Notes under the pieces: model-generated
Told to the model about the DNA's origin: nothing
Databases searched by the model: none
Seen by the model: the letters and a program-made list of their open reading frames with translations, nothing else
Made by a program: the position numbers and the translations under genes
From: Spirogloea muscicola
Taxonomy: Eukaryota
NCBI GenBank assembly: GCA_009602725.1
Contig: WELB01000004.1
Location: 701,277 to 765,276, forward strand
Direction: 5' to 3'
DNA: 64,000 nt
Part shown: in pieces, positions 57,969 to 64,000 of the stretch
How positions within the stretch are numbered: the first letter of the stretch is position 1
How the letters are laid out: every line of letters begins with the position of its first letter

Positions 57969-58744
57969 NNNNNNNNNNNNNNNNNNNNNNNNNNNNNNNN
58001 NNNNNNNNNNNNNNNNNNNNNNNNNNNNNNNNNNNNNNNNNNNNNNNNNNNNNNNNNNNNNNNNNNNNNNNNNNNNNNNNNNNNNNNNNNNNNNNNNNNN
58101 NNNNNNNNNNNNNNNNNNNNNNNNNNNNNNNNNNNNNNNNNNNNNNNNNNNNNNNNNNNNNNNNNNNNNNNNNNNNNNNNNNNNNNNNNNNNNNNNNNNN
58201 NNNNNNNNNNNNNNNNNNNNNNNNNNNNNNNNNNNNNNNNNNNNNNNNNNNNNNNNNNNNNNNNNNNNNNNNNNNNNNNNNNNNNNNNNNNNNNNNNNNN
58301 NNNNNNNNNNNNNNNNNNNNNNNNNNNNNNNNNNNNNNNNNNNNNNNNNNNNNNNNNNNNNNNNNNNNNNNNNNNNNNNNNNNNNNNNNNNNNNNNNNNN
58401 NNNNNNNNNNNNNNNNNNNNNNNNNNNNNNNNNNNNNNNNNNNNNNNNNNNNNNNNNNNNNNNNNNNNNNNNNNNNNNNNNNNNNNNNNNNNNNNNNNNN
58501 NNNNNNNNNNNNNNNNNNNNNNNNNNNNNNNNNNNNNNNNNNNNNNNNNNNNNNNNNNNNNNNNNNNNNNNNNNNNNNNNNNNNNNNNNNNNNNNNNNNN
58601 NNNNNNNNNNNNNNNNNNNNNNNNNNNNNNNNNNNNNNNNNNNNNNNNNNNNNNNNNNNNNNNNNNNNNNNNNNNNNNNNNNNNNNNNNNNNNNNNNNNN
58701 NNNNNNNNNNNNNNNNNNNNNNNNNNNNNNNNNNNNNNNNNNNN
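57969..58744. other. Assembly gap (N run)
   Basis: Ns; should contain the phosphate-carrier start. Confidence 1.
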
Positions 58745-59972
58745 GGGGGCAAAATCGGCACCAACTTGGAGCCAATGCGCAGGGAAGCCGGTGCAAAGAG
58801 TTCGTCCCCTTGTCAAGCCAGGGTTGCCCCAGCCCCCGCCCCTCGGCCGCGGCGCCCGCGGCGGCGGCGGCGGCGGCGGCGTCGGCGGCAGCGTTGCCGG
58901 CAAGCACGACTGGGAAACGGAGGACTTAAACGGTAATCAAATCCAGCTGCGAAAGCGGGCCGGCTGCTATGCAATGGGAAGCTTGGCTTCTATCATAGGG
59001 CCAGTGTACACCTGGTCGGTCGATCAGGGCTGAAGGGTACGTGTCGCGTGCTGCATGGGCTTCCGGGGTCAAGACCTCAGCAATGTGAGGCCAAGACGAG
59101 GCCAATGGGCGACCGACCGACCAGGTGTAAAGTGGGCCCTATGGCTTCAAAAGTAGTGGAAGAGCTGTTTCGATTTTCTGGAGGGGGTGGGCTGGGCGAG
59201 ACGGCGACGGCGCCCGTTAGCCGGCCGTCAGCGGCACTTTCCCGTCGGGCGCCCCCGGGGCCCGGGCGATCCCCCCTCCCCGCCACGTGGCGCCCGCCCC
59301 CCGGTCGGTTGCTCCACCCCGCCATGGCCCCTCACTCCCTCACTCCTCCCCGACCAGCAGCCGCGAGCTTCGGCAGCGCCTCCGCCCGCCGCCGCGCCGC
59401 CCCGTCGCCGCGCCGTGCGGCGGGGCTTCCGGGGCTTCCCGTGGCGCATTGGCGCTGCCGAGCCGCTGGGCGGACGACGACGCCCTGAGGACGCGCGAAG
59501 CGTGCCGCGGCGTCGCCGGGAGGGCGAGCGTCCACTTCGGAGCACGGCGGCCGCCGACGCGTCTCCGACCGCCGCCTGTGAGCCCTCGGCGGCCGCGAGG
59601 CCCGCCTGCCCTGCGTCGGCTGCCCTGCCGGCTGCACCGCTAGCCAAGCTCTGCCGCTGTTCCAGCAGCCTAGACGCCGCAATGCAGCGTTGGGCGTGGC
59701 CACCTCGCGCGCTCCACTTGCCGTGGTTTTATGTAAACATGCAACCTCGTTGTTCAGCTCTGGAAGCCGAGAATAAAGATATAGGATTGTGGTCACGAGA
59801 GCGCGTAGACTCAAATCCTGCACCTTCTTTCAGGACGGGAAGGGCGCACCTGAGGGCTCCGCTTGCAGCCGAGCGAGGCGCATGGCGCAGCCGTCGGGGC
59901 GGCGCGGCGACGGCAGCACGACATAATGACGGTGGTGGAGCTGAGCGTGTGAACGCCGGCTGCACGAGTGGG

Positions 59973-61940
59973 ATGGAGAAGGGCGTGATGGGCACCGGGC
60001 AGCCGCTGCAGCAGGACAGCATGCTGTCACCGGGGCAGCGCCCGATCGAGCGCTCGCTGAGCATGCGGCCGCGGCGCGGGCCACGCCACCGCCCGCGCAA
60101 CGCGTGGCGGCAGCTGCGGGCTGCGCTGTGGGCTCTGCTACTGGTGGCCACGTCCTCCATCGGCCTGCTGGCGATCGCACCCGCTGCATACATGGTGTTG
60201 CGGCCGCTGAGCATCTTCTGGTACCGGCGGCTGTCCTGCTTCTTCTTCGGACGCTGGCTCTCCATGTGGCCCTTCCTCTTCGAGAAGGTGCACTGGCGCA
60301 GCCATCGCCGTCGCAACTCGCCGCCGAGTCTCGATGCTCGGAGGACTAGCTCGGGAGGTCCTCTTGTTGGCTCACCCGCGCGGCCTGCCGCTTTGGCTGG
60401 CGTGGCTCGCTGCATAGGTCAACAGGACGAAGGTGGTGTTCGCTGGCGAGGACGTGGTGCCCGGCGAGCGCGTCATTCTCATCTGCAACCACCGCACGGA
60501 GGTGGACTGGATGTACCTCTGGAGCCTTGCCAAGCGCAAGGTGGCCTTGCCAGGCCTGGCGCCGCACTAGACCTCCGCCGCTGCTGGACTGTTGCAATAA
60601 GGGGTGCCAGAGACTCATCCGCTCAAGTTTGCACTCTGCAGTTTGCGAGCAAGCTTTGTATCGAGGCATGTTGCTGAGGCAAAGAGCAGCTGCAGCTGGC
60701 AGCCAAGGCTGGTCAGGAAAGGGCGAATGTAGCGCACAGCCAGGAGCCCAATGCTGAGTTCTGGGATGAACATCCATGGCCTCAGATTTCCTCGAGGCCA
60801 CGTGATGCTGCCGTCATTGGCATACAGTCGCCCAACTGCGACCTTAACAGCAACCGAGCGTCCATTTCCTGCAGGGCAGGATTGGCCATATAAAGTATGT
60901 GCTCAAGAGCACTGTGCGGATGGTGCCGGTGTTTGGTTGGGCGTTTCACACCCTCGAGTTCCTCATGCTCGACCGCAAGTGGGAGCGTGATGAAGCGACC
61001 ATCCGGGACCACCTGGCGACGTTTGTGTACCCTCAGGACCCCCTCTGGCTGGTCATCTTTCCGGAGGGCACCGACTTCAGGCGAGTGCAGCTGTACTCAG
61101 GCAGTTGCCTGATCACATGAGTACGCTGCAGTCATGAGGCCTGCTGCACTGGCATCCTCCCATGCACAATTGGACCAGATCTTGTTGAGTAGGAGGAGTG
61201 AGCAGTTGGCCTCAGCTCATGCACTATGGATGGTTGGGTTCATTGCCAAAAGCTTGGGGTTCTACTCATGCAGTGAGGAGAAGAGAGATAAGGCCAACTC
61301 GTACGCTGCCAAGCTTGGACTTCCAGCATTGAACAATGTACTGGTGCCACGGACAAAGGGCTTCTTTGCCTGCCTCACCCCGCTGCGCAACTCCATCGAC
61401 GCAGGTCCGCAATCCTATCTTGCTCCACTTCAGGCGCCGATGACAGGGAGATGAATTCTGCTGTAGACAGATGAGGTCAACGTGGAGGCTTGACTGTCTG
61501 CTCCTCCTGTGGCAGTTTATGATCTGACCATCGGTTACAATTATGTCGACCCCGACATGCTGGACAACCTCATGGGAGTGGATCCCGCTGAAGTGCACAT
61601 CCACGTGAGGCGAGTCCCAATGGCCGACATCCCTGTGGAGGAGGCTGCGGTAAGCGACTGGGTGTACAAACGGTTCCAGGACAAGGACAAGCTCCTGGCA
61701 GGCTTTTACAAAAGTGGACACTTCCCCGAAAGCGGGATTGGAAAAGATCTTGGGTCCCTTGACTGCCTCGCCAGCCTCGTGGTCTCCGCAATTGTCTCCG
61801 TCATTGGCTTCTGGCAGCTTGCTTATGGGCCTGCATGGTTCAGGGCGTACATGCTCTTCGCCGCTGTGTTCCTGACCACCATGACATACCTGCAATGGAG
61901 ACCAGGACAACTGTACCCTAGAAAGGTGAAGCTGGCTTGA
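59973..61940 (+). CDS. 1-acyl-sn-glycerol-3-phosphate acyltransferase, LPAT4/5 (LCLAT) type
   Basis: [31 protein letters not shown] (HX4D), [32 protein letters not shown]-terminal hydrophobic helices. Stop at 61940. Confidence 0.93.
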
Positions 61941-62444
61941 GGACATTCATCCAGGTCTAGGTGGCGTGTGGCTGAGAGCTGCGCTCGTTGATGCTGACCA
62001 TTGGCCACCATGATGTCTCATCTGAGCCCTCCAGCATGAAGAGGCTTGGTTAGGCAGAGGCACTGAATATTGCCAGCCAGAGCTCAGAATATGAGCAGCA
62101 TGCATGAAGCCAAGGGTGGTCTTGTGGAGAGATGAACAATGACTTGTAATTGTTTGCAATTGACTGACACAACATTGGGTTTAGGGTACGCAGCGCTGGG
62201 GTACGCAGTGTGGATAAACGTGGTGGCGATCGGTTGAATATGCACTGCTGACACCCGTGCAAGAAAGAAGACTTGCATATGACCCAGACTCGAAGATCGC
62301 CACACCAGGCCGTCGTACATGAACCCCTTCTTTCCACTTTCATTTTCACTTGTCAGTGCTCAGTATCAGCAATTGACAGAGGATCGAGTCGAGTCAAGTC
62401 GAACCTCGTGCTGTGGTACTAGCGAATCCACAACTCATCTACAG

Positions 62445-64000
<1,556 letters not shown>

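Overview
This is gene-dense eukaryotic nuclear DNA with short spliceosomal introns and very GC-rich first exons. The proteins are land-plant-like, so the source is most plausibly a streptophyte (charophyte-grade) green alga; that assignment is an inference. Genes from left to right: ARF-GAP (+, 5' end outside the window), inositol-pentakisphosphate 2-kinase IPK1 (-), an unknown small protein with repeated Cys-x2-Gly-x3-Asp-x5-Cys modules (+), NodGS/FluG amidohydrolase-glutamine-synthetase fusion (+), DCAF13/SOF1 (-), mitochondrial ribosomal protein S18 (+), MOR1/XMAP215 (-), a glycerophosphodiester phosphodiesterase with a nonsense codon and two frameshifts (-), organellar alanyl-tRNA synthetase (-), mitochondrial phosphate carrier (-), LPAT4/5-type acyltransferase (+) and NSI-type GNAT acetyltransferase (-, runs off the window). 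Four N-gaps coincide with GC-rich gene 5' ends. Non-genic highlights: 3' fragments of several diverged subfamilies of an RLE-type (CRE-like) non-LTR retrotransposon sit upstream of three genes and form a 4.5-kb shuffled mosaic with two long fold-backs; a perfect 46-bp palindrome lies upstream of NodGS; NodGS has a probable U12 AT-AC intron; an IPK1 intron carries telomere-like repeats; and there are several decayed gene relics. All family assignments come from recalled motifs, not database searches.
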